From NCBI GenBank assembly GCA_050251495.1, contig JBFWMQ010000007.1, forward strand, positions 8,214 to 72,213: a stretch of 64,000 nucleotides of DNA, written 5' to 3'. The DNA comes from Desulfovibrio sp. (GTDB lineage Bacteria > Desulfobacterota > Desulfovibrionia > Desulfovibrionales > Desulfovibrionaceae). The position numbers and the translations under genes were made by a program. The notes beneath the pieces were generated by a model. That model was given only the letters and a program-made list of their open reading frames with translations. It ran no database searches and had not been told where the DNA came from. This document shows, piece by piece, positions 9,378-16,617 of this stretch (the stretch's first letter is position 1; every line of letters begins with the position of its first letter).

Positions 9378-10162
9378 GCGTCGGCCTCCAATTCCGCGCC
9401 AAGGCCCATCCTCGCAAAAACGGCCTGGCGCAGGCAGCGCAGGGAGTCGGACAGGGCGTCCGGGTTGAAAAGCTCCAGCACCACCACCCCGCCAGGAGCC
9501 AGCCCTTCGAGCAGGCGGAGCATCAGCGCCTGGCCGCGCGCGTCCAGCAGCGAAAGCGATGCGTGGCGCGCGGGATTCCGCGGGTCCGGGGCGTTCAGGT
9601 GCACCATGCGCAGACGCGGGGCAAGCCCCGGCAGGTCCAGAAAGTCCTCCTGCCCGTGCACCAGCATGTGCCCCAAGTCCAGGCACACGCCAAGGCCCTC
9701 GGCCTCAATCACCGGCCAGTGCAGGGGCAGGTCGCGGCCCTGGATGTTCTCCACCAGCAGGGACTCCGGCGGCAGGCCGCCCGTATCGAGCAGCCGCGCC
9801 AGCTCCGCAAGCTGCCCCGGCTCCCGGGGCGGATGCAGCACGAACGCGCTTGGCGCAAGGTGCTCGGCGCGTTGCCGCAGTTGAAGCACCACCTCGGCCA
9901 CGCGCCGCGCGCCCGCCTCCCACGGCAGGTCGAGCGGCAGGTGCATGTGCCAGCTCACGGGCAATTGCGCAAGCCCGGGCGGCAGGTCCTCCCCGGTGTA
10001 GGCGAGGCAGGCCTCGGTCTCGAAAAAGGCCAGGGCGATCTCGTCATAGTCCGGGGCCAGGGATGCACAATTTTCCGCCACTCCGGCCGGCAAAACGCAG
10101 GAGGGCGCGGCCAGCACCCACGGCAACCTCTGCGCTTCCCCCGAACTTGCTGACGAATTCAC
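9374..10162 (-). CDS. cbiR: TIM-barrel metal-dependent phosphodiesterase (AP endonuclease 2 / xylose isomerase-like fold), CbiR-like cobamide remodelling enzyme
   Basis: Metal-ligand pattern HMHLP, VLHPP, LLVEN, CLDLGH, VHL, VLELF; translationally coupled to cobU. The CbiR assignment rests on fold plus context. The start (GTG 10162) is uncertain. Confidence 0.6.
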   Translation of the reverse strand: MNSSASSGEAQRLPWVLAAPSCVLPAGVAENCASLAPDYDEIALAFFETEACLAYTGEDLPPGLAQLPVSWHMHLPLDLPWEAGARRVAEVVLQLRQRAEHLAPSAFVLHPPREPGQLAELARLLDTGGLPPESLLVENIQGRDLPLHWPVIEAEGLGVCLDLGHMLVHGQEDFLDLPGLAPRLRMVHLNAPDPRNPARHASLSLLDARGQALMLRLLEGLAPGGVVVLELFNPDALSDSLRCLRQAVFARMGLGAELEADA

Positions 10163-10165
10163 GAC

Positions 10166-10181
10166 AGGCACGACCTTTGCT
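10166..10181 (+). promoter_or_regulatory. Sigma-54 (-24/-12) promoter
   Basis: AGGCACGACCTTTGCT versus consensus TGGCACG-N4-TTGC; exact GG-N10-GC spacing, about 45 nt upstream of a small ORF with a strong RBS. Confidence 0.7.
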
Positions 10182-10224
10182 TGATTGTCGCCAAACCCAG
10201 TCCCCCGCCAAGGAGGGGGCCGCC

Positions 10225-10371
10225 ATGAACACATTGCGCGAGCGCCTGCAACACCTGCTGAACCCCCTGCACCTGTACTGCCGCCTGCGCGAGGCCGGGC
10301 TCACCGAGACCCTGGCCCGGGGCATGAGCCGCGCCTACGAGCGCGCCCTGTACCGCCGCCTGCTGGCGTAA
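10225..10371 (+). CDS. Small hypothetical protein, 48 aa (MNTLRERLQHLLNPLHLYCRL...)
   Basis: AAGGAGG RBS, ATG at 10225, TAA at 10369-10371, GC3-rich codon usage and an upstream sigma-54 promoter. It appears in the ORF track only as the tail of 9559..10371. Confidence 0.75.
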   Translation: MNTLRERLQHLLNPLHLYCRLREAGLTETLARGMSRAYERALYRRLLA

Positions 10372-10524
10372 GGCCGCAGGTCTCCAGCGTCCAAGGGGGG
10401 CGAAAACACCACGGCATCCCCAATACATCGTGGGCTGGCAGGACGCAATGCGAACTTCTTGCCCTGCGCGCCCGCCCTGGGCTAGACGTTGCGCAACGCA
10501 GCCCGCAAGCCCAGGAGGCCCGCA

Positions 10525-11109
10525 ATGACGCCGCCCGACTCCATCGCCCTGGCCATCATCGACATGCAGAACGACTTTGTGCTGCCCGGGGCCATCGCCT
10601 GCGTGGCCGGGGCGGCGTCCACCCTGCCCTCCGTGCGCCGCCTGCTGGCGGAGGCGCGGGCCAGGGGCTGGGCGGTGGTCCATGTGACGCGCGAACACCG
10701 CGCCGACGGCAGCGATGTGGAACTCTTCCGGCGCGAAGCCTTTGGCAGGGGCCGGGGCATTTGCGTTGCCGGGACGCCAGGGGCGGACATCGTGCCCGAA
10801 CTGGCCCCGCTGCCCGGCGAATACCGCCTGACAAAGCGCCGCTTCAGCGCCTTTTTGTTCACGGAGTTCGATGCGCTCCTGCGCCGCCTGGGCGTCTCAA
10901 CCCTGGTGCTGGCGGGCACGCAGTACCCCAACTGCATCCGCGCCACGGCCGTGGACGCCATGAGCCGCGACTACCGCGTGATCGTGGTCACCGACGCCTG
11001 CTCGGCCCAGACCCCGGAAGTGGCCAGCCACAACATTTTCGACCTCTCGCGCATGGGCGTGTTTTGCGTGGAGTTCGACGGGCTTCCCGCGCTCCTGGCC
11101 GGACCCTGA
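10525..11109 (+). CDS. Cysteine hydrolase / isochorismatase family protein
   Basis: ALAIIDMQNDF, TKRRFSAF, LAGTQYPNCIRATAVDA (Asp-Lys-Cys triad); AGGAGG RBS. Confidence 0.9.
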   Translation: MTPPDSIALAIIDMQNDFVLPGAIACVAGAASTLPSVRRLLAEARARGWAVVHVTREHRADGSDVELFRREAFGRGRGICVAGTPGADIVPELAPLPGEYRLTKRRFSAFLFTEFDALLRRLGVSTLVLAGTQYPNCIRATAVDAMSRDYRVIVVTDACSAQTPEVASHNIFDLSRMGVFCVEFDGLPALLAGP

Positions 11110-11169
11110 GCAGCCCCGCCCCGGCCCCCGCCCTTGACCGTACCGGCTCTCCAGCATAGGAAGCCCGGC

Positions 11170-13119
11170 ATGGCACTTATCAGCGTAAACAACCTGAGCA
11201 TGAGTTTCGGCGGCCCCAAGCTGCTCGACGGCATCTCCTTTCAGATCGAGCCCGGGCAGCGCATCTGCATCGTGGGCCGCAACGGCGAGGGCAAGAGCAC
11301 CCTCTTGCGCCTGCTTTCCGGCGACCTGACCCCGGACAGCGGCGACATCGCCCGGTCCGTGGGGCTCAAGGTGGCGCGCCTGTCGCAGAAGGTGCCCGAG
11401 GAACTCTCCGGCACGGTGTACGAGGTGGTCACCCAGGGCCTGGGCGAGCTTGGCAAGCATATCGCCCTGCATCACCGCGCCCTGGCCAGCGGCGACGCCG
11501 AGGCGCTGACCGAGGCGCAGATCGCCCTCTCCGACCTGAACGGCTGGGAGGCGCTGGCTGACGTGGACACCGCGGTGACGCGCCTGGCGCTCAACCCGGA
11601 CCAGCGTTTCGAAGACCTTTCCGGCGGGCTCAAGCGCCGCGCCCTGCTGGCCCGCGCCCTGGTGGGCGAACCGGACGTGCTGCTGCTGGACGAGCCCACC
11701 AACCACCTGGACATCGACTCCATCGCCTGGCTTGAGGATTTCATCCTGCGCCACGTGAAGACGCTCGTCTTCATCACCCACGACCGCATGTTCCTCAGAC
11801 GCATCGCCACACGCATCATCGAACTGGACCGGGGCAAGCTGGCCGACTGGACCTGCGACTACGACACCTTCGTGGAACGCAAGGAGGCCCTGCTGGCTTC
11901 CGAGGAAAAGGGCTGGGCCGAATTCGACAAGAAGCTCGCCCGCGAGGAGGTCTGGGTGCGCCAGGGCATCAAGGCGCGCCGCACCAGGAACGAGGGCCGC
12001 GTGCGCGAACTGAAGAAGCTGCGTGAGGAGCGCGCCAAGCGGCGCGAGCGCTCGGGCAACGCCACCATCATCGTGCAGGAGGCCGAACGCTCCGGCAGGC
12101 TGGTCATTGAGGCCAAGAAGATTTCCCACACCTGGCCCGGCAGCGAACATCCGGTGTTCAAGGACCTGGACCTGACCATCATGCGCGGCGACAAGCTGGG
12201 GCTCATCGGCCCCAACGGCGCTGGCAAGACCACGCTCATCCAGGTGCTGCTCGGCCGACTGAAGCCCACAAGCGGCACGGTGCGCCTGGGCACCAACCTT
12301 GAGGTGGCCTATTTCGACCAGCACCGCGAGGAGCTGGACCCGGACCTGAGCGTGCGCCAGTGCGTGGCCGAAGGCTCGGACCAGGTGACCATCGGCGGCC
12401 ACACGCGGCACGTCATGGGCTATTTGAAGGACTTCCTCTTCTCGTCCGAGCGCGCCAACAGCCCGGTGCGCGTGCTCTCCGGCGGGGAGCGCAACCGCCT
12501 CCTCTTGGCGCGGCTGTTCACCCGGCCCTGCAACGTGCTGGTCATGGACGAGCCCACCAACGACCTGGACGCCGAGACCCTGGACCTGCTGGAGGACCGG
12601 CTGGTGGAGTATCCGGGCACGCTGATCATCGTGAGCCACGACCGCGCCTTCCTGAACAACGTGGTCACCAGCACCCTGGCCTTCGAGGGCGATGGCGTGG
12701 TGAACGAGTACGTGGGCGGCTTTGACGACTGGCTGCGCCAGCGCCCCCAGCCCGCCGAGGACGCGGCAGGCAAGGCGGCCAAGCCCGCCCTTGTGCGGCA
12801 GCCCGCGCCGGCCAAGTCCGCCGCCCAGGCCGCCCCGGCGCAACCCGGCAAGCCGCGCAAGCTCAGCTTCAAAGAGCAGCGCGAGCTGGAGACCCTGCGC
12901 GCGGAGCTCGCCGCCTTCCCGGCGCGCATCGAGGCCCTGGAAAAGAGCATCGCCGCGGCTGCGGAGAGCCTGGCCAACCCGGAGCTGTACAAGAAGGCGC
13001 CCAAGCTCCTTGTGGCCACGCGCAACGAGCTGTCCGACCTGGAGAGCGAGCTGGAGCAGGCCTTTGCCCGCTGGGAGGCCGCCGAAGCCCGCGTGGCCGA
13101 ACTGACCGCCGAGGCGTAA
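11170..13119 (+). CDS. uup: ABC-F family ATPase, Uup-like
   Basis: Two NBDs (GRNGEGKST / LSGG / LLDEPTNHLD and GPNGAGKTT / LSGGERNR / DEPTNDLD), linker EEVWVRQGIKARRTRNEGRVR and C-terminal KLSFKEQRELE coiled coil; no TM domain. Confidence 0.85.
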   Translation: MALISVNNLSMSFGGPKLLDGISFQIEPGQRICIVGRNGEGKSTLLRLLSGDLTPDSGDIARSVGLKVARLSQKVPEELSGTVYEVVTQGLGELGKHIALHHRALASGDAEALTEAQIALSDLNGWEALADVDTAVTRLALNPDQRFEDLSGGLKRRALLARALVGEPDVLLLDEPTNHLDIDSIAWLEDFILRHVKTLVFITHDRMFLRRIATRIIELDRGKLADWTCDYDTFVERKEALLASEEKGWAEFDKKLAREEVWVRQGIKARRTRNEGRVRELKKLREERAKRRERSGNATIIVQEAERSGRLVIEAKKISHTWPGSEHPVFKDLDLTIMRGDKLGLIGPNGAGKTTLIQVLLGRLKPTSGTVRLGTNLEVAYFDQHREELDPDLSVRQCVAEGSDQVTIGGHTRHVMGYLKDFLFSSERANSPVRVLSGGERNRLLLARLFTRPCNVLVMDEPTNDLDAETLDLLEDRLVEYPGTLIIVSHDRAFLNNVVTSTLAFEGDGVVNEYVGGFDDWLRQRPQPAEDAAGKAAKPALVRQPAPAKSAAQAAPAQPGKPRKLSFKEQRELETLRAELAAFPARIEALEKSIAAAAESLANPELYKKAPKLLVATRNELSDLESELEQAFARWEAAEARVAELTAEA

Positions 13120-13246
13120 CGCCCCGGAAACCGCCGCCCACGCGCGGCCTCACCGCCCCGCCCTTTCCCTGCGCCTGCGAGAACAACCGAGTTCGCGAGT
13201 GATTCCCGTCTTGCGCACAAATCCCAATGCATGCTACGTAGTGAGC

Positions 13247-15058
13247 ATGAAACCCTCGTTCGCCCTTCTGGGCCTCGCACTCATCCTGCTCACCCTGGCC
13301 ACGGACACCGCCGCGGACGAGTCCGTGTTGCGGCGGCGGGTGCTCGTTCTGCACTCCTACGGCCCGGATTTCTCCTGGACCCGGGACCAGCACGCGGGAA
13401 TCCTCTCCGTGCTGGAGTCGCCCCGGGTGCAGGCCAACTACCGGGTGGACTACATGGACGCCAAGCACCAGGAATCGCCGGAATATCTCGCCACGCTGCT
13501 GGAGCTCTTCCGCAAGAAGTACGTCGGCCAGCATTTCGACGGCGTCATCCTGACGGACAACAACGCCCTGGCCTTTGCGGCCAAGCACCGGGCTGAGCTG
13601 TTTCCAGACGCCTTCATTGCGGCCAGCGGCATCAACAACCTGCAATCAATCCCCAAGAACGCCGGCGACATGAACATCATTCTGGAGAGCGTGCCGCACG
13701 TGGAGACCTTGAACGCGGCGCTGCGGCAGAATCCCGGCACGCGCTCCATCTACGTGATGATCGACGACACCCTGACCGGACAAACCATCCGCCGCGATTT
13801 CCTGGAGCAGACGCGCGACTTGGCAAAGCGCGTGCACATCGAGGTGCTGCCGCCCAAGCCCCTGGCCTGGCTCATCCAGTTCGCGCTTGGGCGCGCCAAG
13901 GGCGATCTCCTCTATCTGCTGGTCTACTTCCAGGACCCCACGGGCCGGTCCTTCTCGCCCACAGAGGTGCCCAGGGCCATCGCCGCAAGCTCCCCTGTGC
14001 CGGTGTACGTGGCCTGGGACTTCCAACTGGGAACCGGAGTTGTCGGCGGGTGCGTCCAAAGCGGCTACGGCCATGGCCAAAAGGCCGCGCAGACCCTGCA
14101 GGAGCGTTTGTCCGGCATGCGGCCTCCCGCAGTGTATGACCAGACCCAGGGGATAGCCAAACCCACTTTCGACTACCGGGTTCTGGAGCGGTTCGGCATC
14201 CCGCTTTCAAGCCTGCCGCAAGACGCCGTGCTGCTCAACAGGCCGCAGAGCTATTACCAGAAGCACAGGCCCGTGCTCCTCGGCGCCCTGGGCGTCATCG
14301 GCATCCTCGGCGTCATCATTGCGCTGCTGGCCCAAAACGTGCTCAAGCAGCGCAAGATCAACCGAGGCAATGCGCGCATCCTGTCCCTGAACCGCGAAAT
14401 GATCGAAATGCAGGTGGACCTCCTGTCCACCCTGGGCGAAGTCATCGAGACGCGCTCCCGGGAGACGGCCAACCACGTGCGCCGGGTGGCCGCGTATTCC
14501 GGGCTGCTCGGAAGGAAGCTCGGCCTTTCGCCGGAAGAAGTCACCCTGCTTGAAACGGTTTCGCCCATGCACGACGTGGGCAAGATCGGCATCCCGGAAA
14601 TCATCCTGAACAAGCCGGAGCGGCTGACGAGCGACGAGCATGACATGATCAAGCACCATACGGTCATTGGGCACAAGATTCTGCATTCCTGCGAGCGGAA
14701 GCTCATGACCGGCGCGCGCGACATCGCCCTGCAGCACCACGAGCGCTGGGACGGCAGCGGCTACCCCTGCGGGCTCAAGGGCGAGGAGATCAGCGTGCTT
14801 GCGCGCATCACGGCCCTGGCCGACGTGTACGACGCCCTGTCCACCGAGCGGGTCTACAAGAAGGCCTGGCCCAGGGAGGAGGTGCTCGAATACATCCAGG
14901 AGCAGCGCGGCGCCATGTTCGACCCCAGGCTGGTGGACCTGCTCTTCGAGAACCTGGAGGAGGTCGAGGCCATCAAGCTGCGGCTGGCCGACGCCCCCTG
15001 CGACGAGGAGGGCTTCTGCCTGTCCGGCCCCCTGGTCTGCCCGCTCAAGGAGGGCTAG
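13247..15058 (+). CDS. HD-GYP c-di-GMP phosphodiesterase with a periplasmic ABC-substrate-binding-like sensor domain
   Basis: Signal peptide; VLVLHSY sensor domain; one TM; ETANHVRRV, MHDVGKIG, HHERWDGSGYP and ADVYDAL motifs. Confidence 0.88.
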   Translation: MKPSFALLGLALILLTLATDTAADESVLRRRVLVLHSYGPDFSWTRDQHAGILSVLESPRVQANYRVDYMDAKHQESPEYLATLLELFRKKYVGQHFDGVILTDNNALAFAAKHRAELFPDAFIAASGINNLQSIPKNAGDMNIILESVPHVETLNAALRQNPGTRSIYVMIDDTLTGQTIRRDFLEQTRDLAKRVHIEVLPPKPLAWLIQFALGRAKGDLLYLLVYFQDPTGRSFSPTEVPRAIAASSPVPVYVAWDFQLGTGVVGGCVQSGYGHGQKAAQTLQERLSGMRPPAVYDQTQGIAKPTFDYRVLERFGIPLSSLPQDAVLLNRPQSYYQKHRPVLLGALGVIGILGVIIALLAQNVLKQRKINRGNARILSLNREMIEMQVDLLSTLGEVIETRSRETANHVRRVAAYSGLLGRKLGLSPEEVTLLETVSPMHDVGKIGIPEIILNKPERLTSDEHDMIKHHTVIGHKILHSCERKLMTGARDIALQHHERWDGSGYPCGLKGEEISVLARITALADVYDALSTERVYKKAWPREEVLEYIQEQRGAMFDPRLVDLLFENLEEVEAIKLRLADAPCDEEGFCLSGPLVCPLKEG

Positions 15059-15127
15059 GGCTTTCGGCTGCCAAGCCAACCCGCACACCAGTCAGTGCCG
15101 AATCGCGCGCGGCAAGAGTTCCGTTAG

Positions 15128-15170
15128 GAAAAAGAAAAAACGGGCTACAGCGTTTCTGCCGTAACCCGTT
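15128..15170 (-). terminator. Intrinsic terminator downstream of tRNA-Ala
   Basis: AACGGGTTAC...GTAGCCCGTT hairpin followed by TTTTCTTTTT on the minus strand. Confidence 0.65.
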
Positions 15171-15178
15171 GATTTCCT

Positions 15179-15254
15179 TGGTGGAGATGAGGAGGATTGA
15201 ACTCCTGGCCTATGCGTTGCGAACGCATCGCTCTCCCAGCTGAGCTACATCCCC
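15179..15254 (-). tRNA. tRNA-Ala (anticodon CGC)
   Basis: GGGGATGTAGCTCAGCTGGGAGAGCGATGCGTT-CGC-AACGCATAGGCCAGGAGTTCAATCCTCCTCATCTCCACCA; 76-nt cloverleaf, G3:U70 Ala identity pair, encoded CCA. Confidence 0.97.
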
Positions 15255-15300
15255 AAGGGCGCCCTGTGAATGCGGGCGGAAGCGTTGTTTAGCGGTTTTC

Positions 15301-16041
15301 TCACGGGTGGGCAAGTTTTTTTTGCGTCGCCGCCGCAGGGGATTGCCGTGGAGCCTGCCCCTCCGGGGTCTCCCCGGCCGGGACCTCCGCCTTTGGAAAG
15401 CGCAGCTTCAGGTACGGGGCCTCGGTCGTGCCCGAAATGATGCTCCAGCGGTACGCGCCACGGGGCGTGGTCGGGGTTTGCTGCGCATTGTGCTCCAGCA
15501 CCTCGATGCCCTCGGCCAGGGTCACGGCCAGGCTGCCCTCGGTCTTCACGCCAAGGGCACGCGCCTCGGCCCCGGGCACCACGGCCCGCACCTTGAGCCG
15601 CACCGTGCCGTCCTGCCCCACGCCGTAGGAAATGGGCGTATCGAGCTTGTTGAACACCAACAGGTTTCGGTCCATGACCCAGGTTCCGCCCGCGCTGAAG
15701 CGCACGCGGCCATCACCGATGGAGTTTGCGCCCTGGATGCGCTTGTCGCCCTTGAACGCCTCAAGCTCCTTGGCAAGCGGGGCCAGGGCCTCGGCCTTGG
15801 CCGCGGCGAGCTGCCCTTCTTCCTTGAGCCTGCCCGCCTTGGCCTCGGCATTCACGCGGCGCAGGGCGAGCCAGGCCTCCGGATGCACCGCCGTGCCCTC
15901 CATGTAGGCATGGTAGGTCCCGTCGGACTCGATCTTGATGCGGGCGATGTAGTTCTGCGGCACCCAGCACCCGCCCAGGAGCGCGAGCACGGCAAGGCTG
16001 GCCGCCAGGGCGGCGCATCGGGAAAAGGCTGTGCGGGTCAT
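15301..16041 (-). CDS. Hypothetical lipoprotein
   Basis: Signal with lipobox LLGG-C; start moved to MTRTAFSR; function not recognised. Confidence 0.7.
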   Translation of the reverse strand: MTRTAFSRCAALAASLAVLALLGGCWVPQNYIARIKIESDGTYHAYMEGTAVHPEAWLALRRVNAEAKAGRLKEEGQLAAAKAEALAPLAKELEAFKGDKRIQGANSIGDGRVRFSAGGTWVMDRNLLVFNKLDTPISYGVGQDGTVRLKVRAVVPGAEARALGVKTEGSLAVTLAEGIEVLEHNAQQTPTTPRGAYRWSIISGTTEAPYLKLRFPKAEVPAGETPEGQAPRQSPAAATQKKLAHP

Positions 16042-16150
16042 GCGGGGCGCTCCTCTGGTTTCAATGATGCTACTCCCGGCGCGAAGGGCTGGCAAGGCGC
16101 AGGTTCCAGGCGCCGCAGCCCCCTGGCGGGCCAGCCCCCCCGCGCCTTAC

Positions 16151-16179
16151 TTGACAGGGGGGCGGCGAGCCCCTACCTT
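16151..16179 (+). promoter_or_regulatory. Sigma-70-type promoter
   Basis: TTGACA-N17-TACCTT, 32 nt before the ATG at 16212. Confidence 0.65.
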
Positions 16180-16211
16180 CCGCCTCACACAAACACCAAG
16201 GAGTCACCCTC

Positions 16212-16526
16212 ATGGCTTACGATATCCGCCTGGTCAAGCTCATCAACGGCGAAACCGTCATCGGCAAGTGGAGCGACGACGGCCAGACCATCAACGATCC
16301 CGCCGTGATCCAGACCGTGCCCATGCAGCAGGGCGTGCAGATGATGCTGCTGCCCTTCGGCTACCCCTTTGAGCAGGAGATCACCGGCTCCATCTCCACC
16401 AAGCACGTGCTCTACGAGTACACCAAGGCTCCCGAGGAGTTGAAGACCAAGTACCTCGAGGCCGCCAGCAACCTGACCCTCTCCGCTCCCGGCGCGGGCA
16501 ACCTCTCCCAGCTCATCACCAAATAG
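16212..16526 (+). CDS. Small hypothetical protein (beta-rich, possibly Sm-like)
   Basis: AAGGAG RBS, strongly biased codons, own promoter and terminator; MAYDIRLVKLINGETVIGKW. Confidence 0.8.
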   Translation: MAYDIRLVKLINGETVIGKWSDDGQTINDPAVIQTVPMQQGVQMMLLPFGYPFEQEITGSISTKHVLYEYTKAPEELKTKYLEAASNLTLSAPGAGNLSQLITK

Positions 16527-16550
16527 ACCAAACATCCGCCTGTAATGCAG

Positions 16551-16589
16551 AGGGGGCGGCGGGACGACCGGTCCTGCCGCCCCCTTTTT
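16551..16589 (+). terminator. Intrinsic terminator
   Basis: AGGGGGCGGC...GCCGCCCCCT hairpin followed by TTTT. Confidence 0.7.
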
Positions 16590-16617
16590 CCGCACAACGC
16601 CCCCAAGGAGCCACCGC

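Noticed and set aside
10420-10485. Second ZTP-like sequence (…GCCCGCCCTGGGC) upstream of the cysteine hydrolase
   Set aside because: No GACUGGCG or GUGG/CCAC elements, and the 3' motif has an extra base.
15179-15254. tRNA-Ala as a genomic island attachment site
   Set aside because: I saw no duplicated tRNA 3' end, integrase or compositional shift in the window.
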